Shown here piece after piece: positions 36,423-45,591 of a stretch of 64,000 nucleotides of DNA (position 1 is its first letter; every line of letters begins with the position of its first letter). The notes under the pieces are model-generated. The model had not been told where the DNA came from and did no database searches. It worked only from the letters and a program-made list of their open reading frames with translations. Source of the DNA: Deinococcota bacterium (GTDB lineage: Bacteria; Deinococcota; Deinococci; Deinococcales; Thermaceae). The position numbers were made by a program, and so were the translations under genes. Location of the stretch: contig JBGFRI010000003.1 in the NCBI GenBank assembly GCA_041695225.1, positions 86,325 to 150,324 of the forward strand, written 5' to 3'.

Positions 36423-38668
36423 GCCGACTGGGCCTCCCCTTCGTCAGCCCCGGTACGGTAGCTTACATAAGCCTCAGCCTCCCACAGGCTCAGCTCGGGC
36501 TTTCCCCAAGGGCATTTGCCGGGAACGATATAGTATAAACCACGCTTGGAGCGGATGTAGCCATACTGCAAAAACAGCTTCTTGGTTTCTTCCTCTGGCG
36601 GCGCGAGTTGAAGGGCCTGGTTAACAATAAAGCGGGTTACCCGGCCAGGCCGTCCTTCAGCCTGCACCATCACTCGCTCGGCTACCAGGCGTTGCATCCA
36701 GCTGGCAAACTGCTCACGTACTGCATCCTGGTCGACCAGCTGGCCTGCTGCAATTACCGGTTTCACGGGTGCAGCTTCCAGCTCTGGTACAACGGGCGTT
36801 TCCTTAGCGTCAGACAGTACCTTCTGCGCCGCAGCCAACCAGTCATTATGTATGGCCTGCTGGAGATGCTGATTTTTCCAGGCCAGCATACTTTCCCGGA
36901 TCCAGGCGATGGGGTTACCCTCCTTTGCGGAAAACTCAATAGGGTAGCTCCGCAGTCGGATGGGGGGAAACCCGCGCAACACTGCGATCAGCTCCCCCAG
37001 CTCCATCCGCTGAAGCTCATCGATATTGATCAGGGCGGTGGTCTTCTCGCTTACGTTCAGGCTGCGGTTAACTTTCTTCATGAGGTCGTCGGGAACCTGA
37101 ATCTCCCCCACGCTGTACTGTTCAATAGAGACCTCACCCAGGGTCTCTGACCAGAATTTGGCGTCATTCTGGGTAAAGGAGCCGGGCAGAATAATGGTGG
37201 TGCCGATGTTGTTATCCACCGTGGCCGCCCAGCCCATCTCCCCATAGATATTCATAGCCTGGCTACGGTTTTGCAGTGCCATGTGCAGGCTGATATTCCT
37301 CGAGCGCAGAGTAGCCAGGTCATCATTGAGGTTAGGCAGGAATCCAAACAGGGCAAACTCGTCGTAGTAGTAGTTGATATGCACCGGCAGCCGGTCGCCG
37401 AGCCGCTCTGCCAGTGAGAGCATCCGTCCGTCCAGGTAGCGCTTGAAGAAACGCAGGATGGCCCGGCCCGACGAACCACGGACATAAGACTCGGGCAGAA
37501 CCAGATGAATCAGACCAGGGGTGATCAGAACCCGGTCCAGGTCTACCTCCCGGTCCCCGGGAGAAAAGGTCTCCACCGCCGAGTCCATGCGGAAGATGGT
37601 CAGGTCTTCTACCAGACGGTTGATGGCGCCTGAGAAGATCTTCTTGTCGGTCTCCAGGGTGCTCCGGATCTCGTCGGCAGCCTGGCGACGGCCGGTAAAC
37701 CAGTGGCGCACAGAGTCCATGCCCAGGTTGGCCACATTATAGACCTCACGAAAGTTGCGCATATCGCGGGGTCCCAGCGAAAGACCGTGAATGATTCCGG
37801 CCAGTAACAGACGGGCATTGGAGATGTACACCTTGGCCCCTGAATCCTCCGCAGCCTCAAGGTCGGGAGGATAGATCAGGCGGGCGATGTCCAGAGCCTG
37901 GTCATACCCCCGCACCTCGGCCAGCACCGGAATCTGAATGCCGATCCCAGCCTCAAAAGGGCTGATGATAAGCATCTGGCGGCCAAAGGCGCGAAAGTAA
38001 TCGCGCATGTCCAGATAGGAGTCATTGGGATTGGGGTACTTGGTGTCCAGCACCACCGCGATATTTCCTTCGGCGGCATCCAGCGCAATACGGGGCCGGA
38101 AGGAACCTACCGTCTTACCCCCACCAGTACCGGCATAGGTCAGGGAGTGAATGTCGTTGATGCGCTTAGTAGGGCGCAGGAAGTAGCGTCTTTTGGGGTT
38201 GGCGGGGTCAGTCCAGACCCCCAGGTAGCCGCTCAGGGTATGGCCGTCGGGGTTTCTGATGGCCGCGTTGATAATCTCTTTAGGGCTGCGTTTTTCTACT
38301 AAGGGACGAATATCGGCCTCACCAGCCCAGCGCTGGGACAGAGTGCGCCTGGGAGTATAGCGCTGAGGGCGTATGACTACCCCCAGACCCAGGGCCAGCA
38401 CCAGCACAAATACCGTGATGGTAGTGTTATCCAGGGTGTCCTGACCCAGAATCTGCGAACACTGGGTATGATTCAGACAGCGCCAGTAAAACTGTCCTTT
38501 ATCGGTAGCCTCCAGATACCGGCCCCAGCCGGCTTGCTCGAGCCTGATCCGCTGCCCCTCCATCTGGCGGTAGGTATGGTAGGCCAGGCCGGCCATGGTC
38601 AGAATGACCCAGGCAATACCCAGGGCCAGCCGGGTCGGGTGAAGGCGCCGGAAAACTACTGTGCTCAC
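36419..38668 (-). CDS. virD4: Type IV coupling protein (VirD4/TraG-like)
   Basis: Two N-terminal TM helices, AGTGGGKT Walker A, YYDEF Walker B and LRSRNI...ALQ..SQ...YG. Confidence 0.88.
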   Translation of the reverse strand: MSTVVFRRLHPTRLALGIAWVILTMAGLAYHTYRQMEGQRIRLEQAGWGRYLEATDKGQFYWRCLNHTQCSQILGQDTLDNTTITVFVLVLALGLGVVIRPQRYTPRRTLSQRWAGEADIRPLVEKRSPKEIINAAIRNPDGHTLSGYLGVWTDPANPKRRYFLRPTKRINDIHSLTYAGTGGGKTVGSFRPRIALDAAEGNIAVVLDTKYPNPNDSYLDMRDYFRAFGRQMLIISPFEAGIGIQIPVLAEVRGYDQALDIARLIYPPDLEAAEDSGAKVYISNARLLLAGIIHGLSLGPRDMRNFREVYNVANLGMDSVRHWFTGRRQAADEIRSTLETDKKIFSGAINRLVEDLTIFRMDSAVETFSPGDREVDLDRVLITPGLIHLVLPESYVRGSSGRAILRFFKRYLDGRMLSLAERLGDRLPVHINYYYDEFALFGFLPNLNDDLATLRSRNISLHMALQNRSQAMNIYGEMGWAATVDNNIGTTIILPGSFTQNDAKFWSETLGEVSIEQYSVGEIQVPDDLMKKVNRSLNVSEKTTALINIDELQRMELGELIAVLRGFPPIRLRSYPIEFSAKEGNPIAWIRESMLAWKNQHLQQAIHNDWLAAAQKVLSDAKETPVVPELEAAPVKPVIAAGQLVDQDAVREQFASWMQRLVAERVMVQAEGRPGRVTRFIVNQALQLAPPEEETKKLFLQYGYIRSKRGLYYIVPGKCPWGKPELSLWEAEAYVSYRTGADEGEAQSA

Positions 38669-38883
38669 TAAGCCTCCTTAACTGGCCTGGCCTTGACTGC
38701 TTGAAGCAGCAGGTTCTGTATCTCCCGCAGCTGCTCAGGGCCCTCAAATACCGCTTGCGGCAGAGCAATGACCAGCCCGGTCTCCCGGATCTCAATCACC
38801 AAAGGCTCCCCGTAATGGGCAGCCAGATCCAGCAACTCGGTGGCAAACTCCTGTAACATCTCAAGCGCCTGGGCCTCATCCAT
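38668..38883 (-). CDS. Small hypothetical protein
   Basis: Stop overlaps the virD4 start. Confidence 0.55.
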   Translation of the reverse strand: MDEAQALEMLQEFATELLDLAAHYGEPLVIEIRETGLVIALPQAVFEGPEQLREIQNLLLQAVKARPVKEA

Positions 38884-38967
38884 AGATCGAATATAGAGGA
38901 AAAAGCGAAACTGCAACCGGGAAAGATGAGAAGAGACCTGGTCAAAGCAATGCCAGCCTGCCTCCAG

Positions 38968-39054
38968 CTACCGACCCAGGGTCCAGGCCAGGCCGACCGG
39001 GGCCAGCAGACCCGCTGTTGGCAGGCTGGTTAGCAAGTAGCACCAGGCATACAT
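38968..39054 (-). pseudogene. 5' remnant (MYAWCYLLTSLPTAGLLAPVGLAWTLGR) of the 62934-63380 gene
   Basis: Clear similarity to MYAWRYILLSLPSAGLLGPVALAWTLGR, then a stop. Confidence 0.75.
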
Positions 39055-39118
39055 GCTCTAATTGTAGGCAAGAGTGGGACGGCTGGCAGGCAAAAATGAG
39101 AAGACCGGGAAGAGCGAG

Positions 39119-39151
39119 TCTTACACCCATGGAATGGACATGGGTGTAAGA
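39119..39151. promoter_or_regulatory. Palindromic site TCTTACACCCAT-N9-ATGGGTGTAAGA (copy 2)
   Basis: Perfect arms, spacer GGAATGGAC. Confidence 0.85.
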
Positions 39152-39179
39152 AACCCCGGCAACTCCCCAGACAAAAACA

Positions 39180-39197
39180 GCCCCACCGAAGTGGGGC
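39180..39197 (-). terminator. GCCCCAC-TTCG-GTGGGGC terminator
   Basis: Identical stem followed by TGTTTTT on the minus strand. Confidence 0.8.
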
Positions 39198-39214
39198 CTT
39201 GTTACTTGTACCTG

Positions 39215-39325
39215 CTAGGCAAAGTTAATCGCAGCCACAATACCCACGGCGCCCAGCACTATAGCCAGGACGTGGTGGTTCAGGCTGGTCTGCGTCTGCA
39301 ACCGGGTCTCCGATACTTTTTTCAT
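39215..39325 (-). CDS. 36-aa repeat-less version of the coiled-coil/TM family (copy 3), possibly a remnant
   Basis: MKKVSETRLQTQTSLNHHVLAIVLGAVGIVAAINFA versus copy 1 ...QASLSQHTLAIALGAIGIV; same GGGCGCGATG start context. Confidence 0.6.
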   Translation of the reverse strand: MKKVSETRLQTQTSLNHHVLAIVLGAVGIVAAINFA

Positions 39326-39332
39326 CGCGCCC

Positions 39333-40190
39333 CTAGAACCGCAGCTCGTTGAGCCTCCAAAAGGCCGGGGTGTCCCTCAGTTCTGGGTTTTGCTGGATAA
39401 GAGTCCAGGGCGTCTCACCCATAGCGGTACGAGCTCTGGGGTCGGCCCCCAACTCCAGCAGCTTCAGAACCACATCAGAGCTTCTTCCGAAGCGTGTTGC
39501 CAGGTGAAACGGCGTCCGACCATCCCGATCCCGTGTATTCACCTCTATACCCAGCCTGACCAGGGTCTCGATGACGGCAGGATTGGTGTTCCTGCTTGCA
39601 GCAAAGTGAAGCGGCGTCCAACCAAACGGATCCCGCGCACTCACCTCTGCACCCAGCCTGACCAGGGTCTCGATGGCGGCAGGATTGGTATTGCTGCTTG
39701 CAGCACGGTGAAGTGGTGTCTGACCAAACAGACGATCCCGCACATTCACCTCTGCACCCAGCCTGACCAGGGTCTCGATGATGGCGGGGTTGGCGTTGCG
39801 ATGTGCAGCAAAGTAAAGCGGCGTCCAATCAGTCTGATCCCGCACATTCACCTCTGCACCCAGCCTGACCAGGGTCTCGATGATGGCGGGGTTGGTATTA
39901 GTGAGAGCGGCATAGTGAAGCGGTGTCCCACCACCCTGATCCCGGGCATTCACCTGGGCACCCAGTCGCACCAGGGTCTCGATGACGGCAGGGTTGGTAT
40001 TAATGAGAGCAGCATAGTGAAGCGGTGTCCCACCACGCTGACTCCGCGCATTCACCTGGGCTCCGGTCTGAACGGCCTGCTCCAGACTGGCTGGAGTTGC
40101 GGTTCGCCAGAACTCGGGGGTCAGCAAAGGGTTAGCCAGGGCAGTGCCAGAGAAGAGAATGGTCAGTACGATAGGTAAAAGTGTCCTCAT
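39333..40190 (-). CDS. Secreted ankyrin-repeat protein A
   Basis: Signal peptide ending ALA-NP; about six 34-aa repeats with TPLH.AA. Confidence 0.92.
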   Translation of the reverse strand: MRTLLPIVLTILFSGTALANPLLTPEFWRTATPASLEQAVQTGAQVNARSQRGGTPLHYAALINTNPAVIETLVRLGAQVNARDQGGGTPLHYAALTNTNPAIIETLVRLGAEVNVRDQTDWTPLYFAAHRNANPAIIETLVRLGAEVNVRDRLFGQTPLHRAASSNTNPAAIETLVRLGAEVSARDPFGWTPLHFAASRNTNPAVIETLVRLGIEVNTRDRDGRTPFHLATRFGRSSDVVLKLLELGADPRARTAMGETPWTLIQQNPELRDTPAFWRLNELRF

Positions 40191-40346
40191 CGGAGCCTCC
40201 TTGTAAACAAGCGAAATTGTAGCAGCATTGGCGGACTGTGGGATGGACTTTCAGGATGGTTCTCATGATTGATCTGTCAGGAAGGCCTACCCCACAAGTG
40301 CGCACAAGATACAAACAGCGAACTATTTGTGCTATCCTGATGGCAT

Positions 40347-41099
40347 ATGAACCTCCAAACCTCTCTAAAACTGACTGAAGTGCGTGGTCAGAAATCGAAA
40401 GCGAACTCTGAACTCGAGTGGGTGATCGGAGAGACCACCCGCCTCTGGCGCAAGGCTCACCTGGACTACGACCAGACCAAGTATGTAGTCGAGCGGGTAC
40501 GCCGGGCCCTGGAACTCACCCAGCCCTCCAACCGCCGGCGGACGGTGGAGCGCCTGAGCGCCCAGGAGATCGAGCAGCTGCTCGAGGCGGCCTACCGCCT
40601 GAACCAGAAGAAGCCGGTCTACGGTCTGATGCTCAAGACTCTGTTTTATACCGGGGCCCGGGTCAGCGAGTTTGTGAACCTCCGGGTGGAGGATGTATCC
40701 CTCGACGGCCAGGCTCCCCAGGCATACATCTCCAAGGCCAAGAAAGACTCGGTGCGCTACGTGCCTATCCTGACCGGCCTGGCCCAGGAGTTGCGGATGC
40801 ACCTCGGAGGAAGGACCCGGGGCTACCTCTTTGAGAGCAACCGGCATAACCGCTACTCCCAGCGGGCTATCCAGAAGCTGATCCACCAGGCCGCACTGGC
40901 AGCAGGCATTAACAAAAGAGTCTACCCCCACCTGCTGCGCCACTCCATCGCCCAGATTCTGTTAGACCGGGGGATGCCGCAGGAGCAGTTGCAGAAATTC
41001 CTGGGCCACCTCAATCCCAAGACCACCCAGATCTACGCCGAAAGCTCTCTTGTCCAGGTGGCGGAGAGTTACTCGAGGGCGCTGGGGCGGAATGGTTGA
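40347..41099 (+). CDS. Tyrosine recombinase/resolvase (short N-terminus)
   Basis: YTGARVSE, KAKKD, HLLRHS, LGH and TTQIY intact. Confidence 0.92.
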   Translation: MNLQTSLKLTEVRGQKSKANSELEWVIGETTRLWRKAHLDYDQTKYVVERVRRALELTQPSNRRRTVERLSAQEIEQLLEAAYRLNQKKPVYGLMLKTLFYTGARVSEFVNLRVEDVSLDGQAPQAYISKAKKDSVRYVPILTGLAQELRMHLGGRTRGYLFESNRHNRYSQRAIQKLIHQAALAAGINKRVYPHLLRHSIAQILLDRGMPQEQLQKFLGHLNPKTTQIYAESSLVQVAESYSRALGRNG

Positions 41100-41124
41100 T
41101 CCAACTAACGAGAAGGAGACCGCA

Positions 41125-41316
41125 ATGAAAACCTGCTACTGCCATACCTGCAAGCGCCATTTTCACTACCTGGGCATTAATCGCCACAGAGCGATGCACC
41201 GGGATCGCCGGGAGTTATGTACAATCACCTACACAACCGGCAACACACTCACGTTCGACTGGCGGCCTGAAAGGCCCGGCCAGGCCGGTGCTTCTGCTAA
41301 AACCGTATCTCGCTGA
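41125..41316 (+). CDS. Small Cys/His protein (C2H2-like)
   Basis: GAAGGAG RBS; CHTC...H...H spacing. Confidence 0.5.
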   Translation: MKTCYCHTCKRHFHYLGINRHRAMHRDRRELCTITYTTGNTLTFDWRPERPGQAGASAKTVSR

Positions 41317-41845
41317 GCCGCCGAAAGGCCGGGGTGTTTTGCAGTGTCTGATTCCGTTGAATCAGATCCCAGGCGGTGCTGCCCGCCGAGGTACGCACTC
41401 TGGGGTCGGCCCCCAGCTCCAGCAGTGTCACGGGAATGGCCGAAGTAGTGCTTTTGGCTGCCGCATAGTGCAGGGGGGTCATTCCTCGCTGATTCCGCGC
41501 ATTTATCTCGGCCCCCCGCCGAACCAGAGCCTCAATGATGGCGGGGGTAGCGCTTAAGCCCGCAGCAAAATGAAGGGGTGTCGAACCCACTGGAGTCCGT
41601 GCATTCACCTGAGCACCCAGCCGAACCAGGGCCTCGATAATTGCTGGGTTGGTACTGATGGCCGCAGCAAAGTGCAGCGGCGTTAGACCATCCTGGTTGC
41701 GTGTATTTACTTGAGCGCCGGCTCGAACCACCTGTTCCAGGCTGGCCGGGGTCGCGGTTTGCCAGAACTCGGGGGTCAGCAGTGGATTGGCCAGGGTTGT
41801 GCCTGAGAAAAAAGCAACTAGCACTATGGGCAAAAGTATTCTCAT
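41297..41845 (-). CDS. Secreted ankyrin-repeat protein B (paralog of A with three repeats)
   Basis: Same N-terminus (ANPLLTPEFW) and C-terminus as protein A; similar upstream region. Confidence 0.9.
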   Translation of the reverse strand: MRILLPIVLVAFFSGTTLANPLLTPEFWQTATPASLEQVVRAGAQVNTRNQDGLTPLHFAAAISTNPAIIEALVRLGAQVNARTPVGSTPLHFAAGLSATPAIIEALVRRGAEINARNQRGMTPLHYAAAKSTTSAIPVTLLELGADPRVRTSAGSTAWDLIQRNQTLQNTPAFRRLSEIRF

Positions 41846-41891
41846 CAAAACCTCCGTGCAAACAGGCAAAAGTATAAGAAAAGACCCGTGG

Positions 41892-42074
41892 CTAAATCCC
41901 CATATCCAGGTCCGGTCCTCCGCCATCCCCACCGTCATCCCTTTCCTCGGGCCACTCACTTTCCCGACTCTCTCTGCTGCGCTGGTAATCATTATATGAA
42001 TCACCATAGCCAGCAATAGCCTGCCAGGCCCAAAAGGCCATCAGGACAAGTCCTCCCAGAGTCAGCACATCCAT
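41892..42074 (-). CDS. Small protein with N-terminal TM helix and acidic tail
   Basis: ORF directly downstream of the virB6-like gene. Confidence 0.5.
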   Translation of the reverse strand: MDVLTLGGLVLMAFWAWQAIAGYGDSYNDYQRSRESRESEWPEERDDGGDGGGPDLDMGI

Positions 42075-42122
42075 GCCCCCATCGTAGCACTGTGCGGTGT
42101 TTCAAAAGTCGCTGGATGAGAA

Positions 42123-44270
42123 TCAGGGTGTCCGGCCGGTTGGAGTATTCTGCCTCGGGTTACTACCGCTACCACCACTACCAGCGCTACCACTACCGCC
42201 ACCACTATTGTTATTACCACTACCACGGCCATCTCGATCAGATGACCAGCGTCCCGCATCAGAGAAGCCTCCCCCCGCCCGTTGCACAGCGGCTAGACCG
42301 CTAGCCCCCACACTAACTAGTGCGCCGAAGAAGGCACCCAGCATCTGGGTTACCACTCCCAGGATGGCAACGGTAATGCCTACCGCCACTATGGTAAGCA
42401 GTATCAGGTTGAGCATCTTGTTGCGCAAGGCGCCGGTAAGCAAGCCCTGAAAATCCCTGACGGAAGCATTTGCGGCCACCATGTTGTTCATCAAGCTCAG
42501 GGACTTGTTGCCGTTGGCCCAGGTATCCTGGGCTGTTAGCAGCGAGTTTTGTGGCAGGCTACCAGCATTAAACGCTATAGTACGCATTCCATGTAGCAGT
42601 TCACGGGTGCGACGGCGGTCCATTCCTTGCAAACCGAAAGCAAATACTCCTATATCACCACGAGGCAAGAAATCGGGGTAGGCCTGGTGTTGCTGAAAAA
42701 ATCGCAGCATACCTTCGGTATTGCCCATCGTAGAAGAGGTAGTATCACTCCCCAGCAGCCGGGTAAGGTCCTGGTATATTGCAGCTTTCTGTGCTGGTTG
42801 CAAATGTTCCCAGTTACCGCCAGGAGCATTAGCGAACCGAGGAACTGTCTGCTCGATAGCCGCACGCAAAACAGCAGCATGTCTATAATCACGATCTGCA
42901 GGTATTCTAATTGGATTACCAAAATAAGGGGGTAGCTCTCTTCTAAGAAAATCATCAGTGTTCCCATTACAGATCAAACCTTCTGCCACCACATTGTTGG
43001 CGCTTGCCTGCATACACTGACGCAGGTTGTGGAGTTGACGGGCCGCTACGGTATTGTTAATTGGCGCAAAGACCGCGGCCTGTGGAGGTATCCGGAGCTG
43101 CCTCAAGCGTTCAGCCTGGGCATTAAGTTCATTAACCCGCTGGGACGAGTACGAGTATGACAGGCTGAGGCCGGTGGAGAGCAGAACACCGCTGATTAAA
43201 GGTGTGATCATGGCTACCAGACCAAACTTGGCAGCGGTGGCCATCACTCCTGTTCCAGCAATCAGCACCAGCGGGATCAACAAAGGCATTAAAAACAGCA
43301 AGGAGTACAGGTAGATCCCGGCAATGGTATTGATAGTGTGAAAGGTGGCAATAACCAGCATCGGCCCCAGAATCAGGGCCGAGCGTACTGTATTCAGCAC
43401 AGCGCCAACATTGCGGGCGATCTCCGATGCCCCCCCAGCGGCCATCAAGCAGCCCTGGACTGCTTGACCAGAAAGACCAGCAAGGGTGTCTGCCGTCACA
43501 GCACCACCAGCCCCCCCAGCCAAACAGCGCACTTTAGCAGGCACTGAGTCTACTACAGAAGTCGCTCCGGCTGCGGTCCAGGAGACCATACTGAGAGTCA
43601 TGACAGTATCCCGAGTGCGCTGGATACCTACCGCCTCACGCTGCAACGAAGCCATGATCGCCGCATTACCATTAGCCAGCATCACATCCCGAAAGAGCCG
43701 CTTAACTAGATAGTGGCTGGGCAGCTCATGGGCTACGGGGTGCCTGACATAAATCTGCCTGTTCACCACATGAAAACCACGCTCGCCGTTAATCTGAGTC
43801 TCTTCAAGCACCGGTAGGTTCTGGAGTTGCGGATCACTGAGCTGGATCTGGCAGGGAAACTGATTCCGGGTCGTCTCACTACAGTCATCCTGAACCTGAC
43901 TGGGCGTGAGCACCATCATCTGCCAGAGCACCACCACCACCAGCGCCCTCACCAGAACATCAACAGCGGGGCGCAGGCCCAGCATCAGCTGGTAGACCAG
44001 GAAGGCCACCCCAGCCAGGAGCAAAAACAGCCCCATATAATACAGAGTTTGCGGAACCCGGAACTCCCGCACCCGCTGGCCAAACCAGGGCAGCCAGCGG
44101 TCGGTATCGGGGAAATACTGGACATACTGGGCCGGATCGGCCAGGGTCTGGATTATATCTATAGCCTCGTGCGGAGTTACGGCAGTGGTGGGCGCACCGC
44201 CAGCCGGCTGGTTGGCCAGTGCTCCAACCGGCAGCAGTAACAGCAGTAACAGCAGTAAGACCCGGACCAC
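42123..44270 (-). CDS. VirB6/TrbL-like polytopic membrane protein
   Basis: Multiple TM segments, Gly/Ser-rich C-tail, in an operon with virB4. Confidence 0.65.
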   Translation of the reverse strand: MVRVLLLLLLLLLPVGALANQPAGGAPTTAVTPHEAIDIIQTLADPAQYVQYFPDTDRWLPWFGQRVREFRVPQTLYYMGLFLLLAGVAFLVYQLMLGLRPAVDVLVRALVVVVLWQMMVLTPSQVQDDCSETTRNQFPCQIQLSDPQLQNLPVLEETQINGERGFHVVNRQIYVRHPVAHELPSHYLVKRLFRDVMLANGNAAIMASLQREAVGIQRTRDTVMTLSMVSWTAAGATSVVDSVPAKVRCLAGGAGGAVTADTLAGLSGQAVQGCLMAAGGASEIARNVGAVLNTVRSALILGPMLVIATFHTINTIAGIYLYSLLFLMPLLIPLVLIAGTGVMATAAKFGLVAMITPLISGVLLSTGLSLSYSYSSQRVNELNAQAERLRQLRIPPQAAVFAPINNTVAARQLHNLRQCMQASANNVVAEGLICNGNTDDFLRRELPPYFGNPIRIPADRDYRHAAVLRAAIEQTVPRFANAPGGNWEHLQPAQKAAIYQDLTRLLGSDTTSSTMGNTEGMLRFFQQHQAYPDFLPRGDIGVFAFGLQGMDRRRTRELLHGMRTIAFNAGSLPQNSLLTAQDTWANGNKSLSLMNNMVAANASVRDFQGLLTGALRNKMLNLILLTIVAVGITVAILGVVTQMLGAFFGALVSVGASGLAAVQRAGGGFSDAGRWSSDRDGRGSGNNNSGGGSGSAGSGGSGSNPRQNTPTGRTP

Positions 44271-44280
44271 AGCACCCTCA

Positions 44281-45591
44281 TCAGTAGAAGTTGCTCATCT
44301 CAGCCTGTCGCCGTGAAAGCTCAATGGGAAGCTGGAACATGCCGTTTAGCATGGCGTCAGTACGGTACATCTCCTCTACAAGAGCCTCAGCGGCCATCCG
44401 GCCCTCCCCTCGCAGCACCTCCAGGTCTTCCATCTGCCGACGCAGAATCATCTGGGTCTGTTTGGCCAGGATCTGGTTGGTCGAGGCCTGGGCCATTACC
44501 TGCGCCCGCACCAGTTCTACCAGCCGGTCCTCCGAAGTCAGTTTCATGCGCAGGGTGTTGACCTGCATCTCCCCCAGTTCTACCAGCACCCCCCGCACTG
44601 AAGGCTGGGCCCGCACCGCATTCATGCCAGCCGTTGCCACCTCTTCAGCCCGGGCCGACATGCTGAGCGGGATCGTACTCAAGGTCTCGGCAACCTCTCC
44701 GGTGCTCGGAGCCAGCCGGTTTACCTCAGCCCCCAGGGTGCGCAGGCCCTGCCGGGTCTGCTCGGCCTGCTGGGCGGAAAGATTGGCATGGATATTAGCC
44801 GCCTGCATGGTTTTCAGCAGGTCACCCACCTGCTCCTCGGCCTGGGCCCGTTGCGCAGGGCTGACTGCCTGAGGAACCGGAACCGGACTGGCAGGTAGCG
44901 TGTCGGGGGCATTGCGGGGATTGGGTGGAGGTACTACCAGGCCGTCTACAGGACCATACGTGCGCGTTGGCGGAGGATCAAGGTTAATCATCTGCTCGGG
45001 AAAAATCGAGGCAATCCAGCTATTGGTGGTCTGGCTGGCCATCCGGCGCAGCTCCCACTCAACGGTATTGATCGTATTGGCCAGCCAGGCCTCGGTCTCC
45101 CACAGAGCAGTAGCAACGCTATTGATTACATTAGCCCCTACTGTGCCAGCCAGCAGGTGATTCACATGAGCATTCAGAGCTGCTCCCAGACGGCCCAGAA
45201 ACTCGTTGAGCACATCATTAGCCAGATTCCCTGCCCGATCTCCCAGGCTGTTAATCAGATTGATGGTACGCCGGTACAGACTGTTCAAAGGGCAGACCAG
45301 GTGACCCAGTGCCCGACCCTCGTGGGCAACACAGACTCGGCCCAGCAGCTGGCTGAGGGTCATCTGCTGCCCCTGGGAGCCAGGAGTAACTGGCAGGCCC
45401 AGCGCATCCCGCGCCAGAAAAACCAGGGCCGCATCCAGGATGGGTACCCCGGTATTGATAGCCACTGTATTAATAGTGGGCTCAGCTACCCGCAGATTGG
45501 GGGCAGTAAAAAAGGTAAACTCCGGCTGATTGGCCAGACCGCTACCCCAGAAACCTACCATTGCCAGAATGCTCACCGCTACCTTCCGCAT
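44281..45591 (-). CDS. Secreted conjugation protein (VirB5/TrbJ-like, helical)
   Basis: Signal peptide, Gln/Ala-rich helices, position between virB4 and virB6. Confidence 0.5.
   Translation of the reverse strand: MRKVAVSILAMVGFWGSGLANQPEFTFFTAPNLRVAEPTINTVAINTGVPILDAALVFLARDALGLPVTPGSQGQQMTLSQLLGRVCVAHEGRALGHLVCPLNSLYRRTINLINSLGDRAGNLANDVLNEFLGRLGAALNAHVNHLLAGTVGANVINSVATALWETEAWLANTINTVEWELRRMASQTTNSWIASIFPEQMINLDPPPTRTYGPVDGLVVPPPNPRNAPDTLPASPVPVPQAVSPAQRAQAEEQVGDLLKTMQAANIHANLSAQQAEQTRQGLRTLGAEVNRLAPSTGEVAETLSTIPLSMSARAEEVATAGMNAVRAQPSVRGVLVELGEMQVNTLRMKLTSEDRLVELVRAQVMAQASTNQILAKQTQMILRRQMEDLEVLRGEGRMAAEALVEEMYRTDAMLNGMFQLPIELSRRQAEMSNFY

Noticed and set aside
39390..40178. Repetitive 262-aa plus-strand ORF (likewise 35208-35705 and 63655-63840)
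   Set aside because: Open only because it is antisense to GC-rich tandem-repeat genes.
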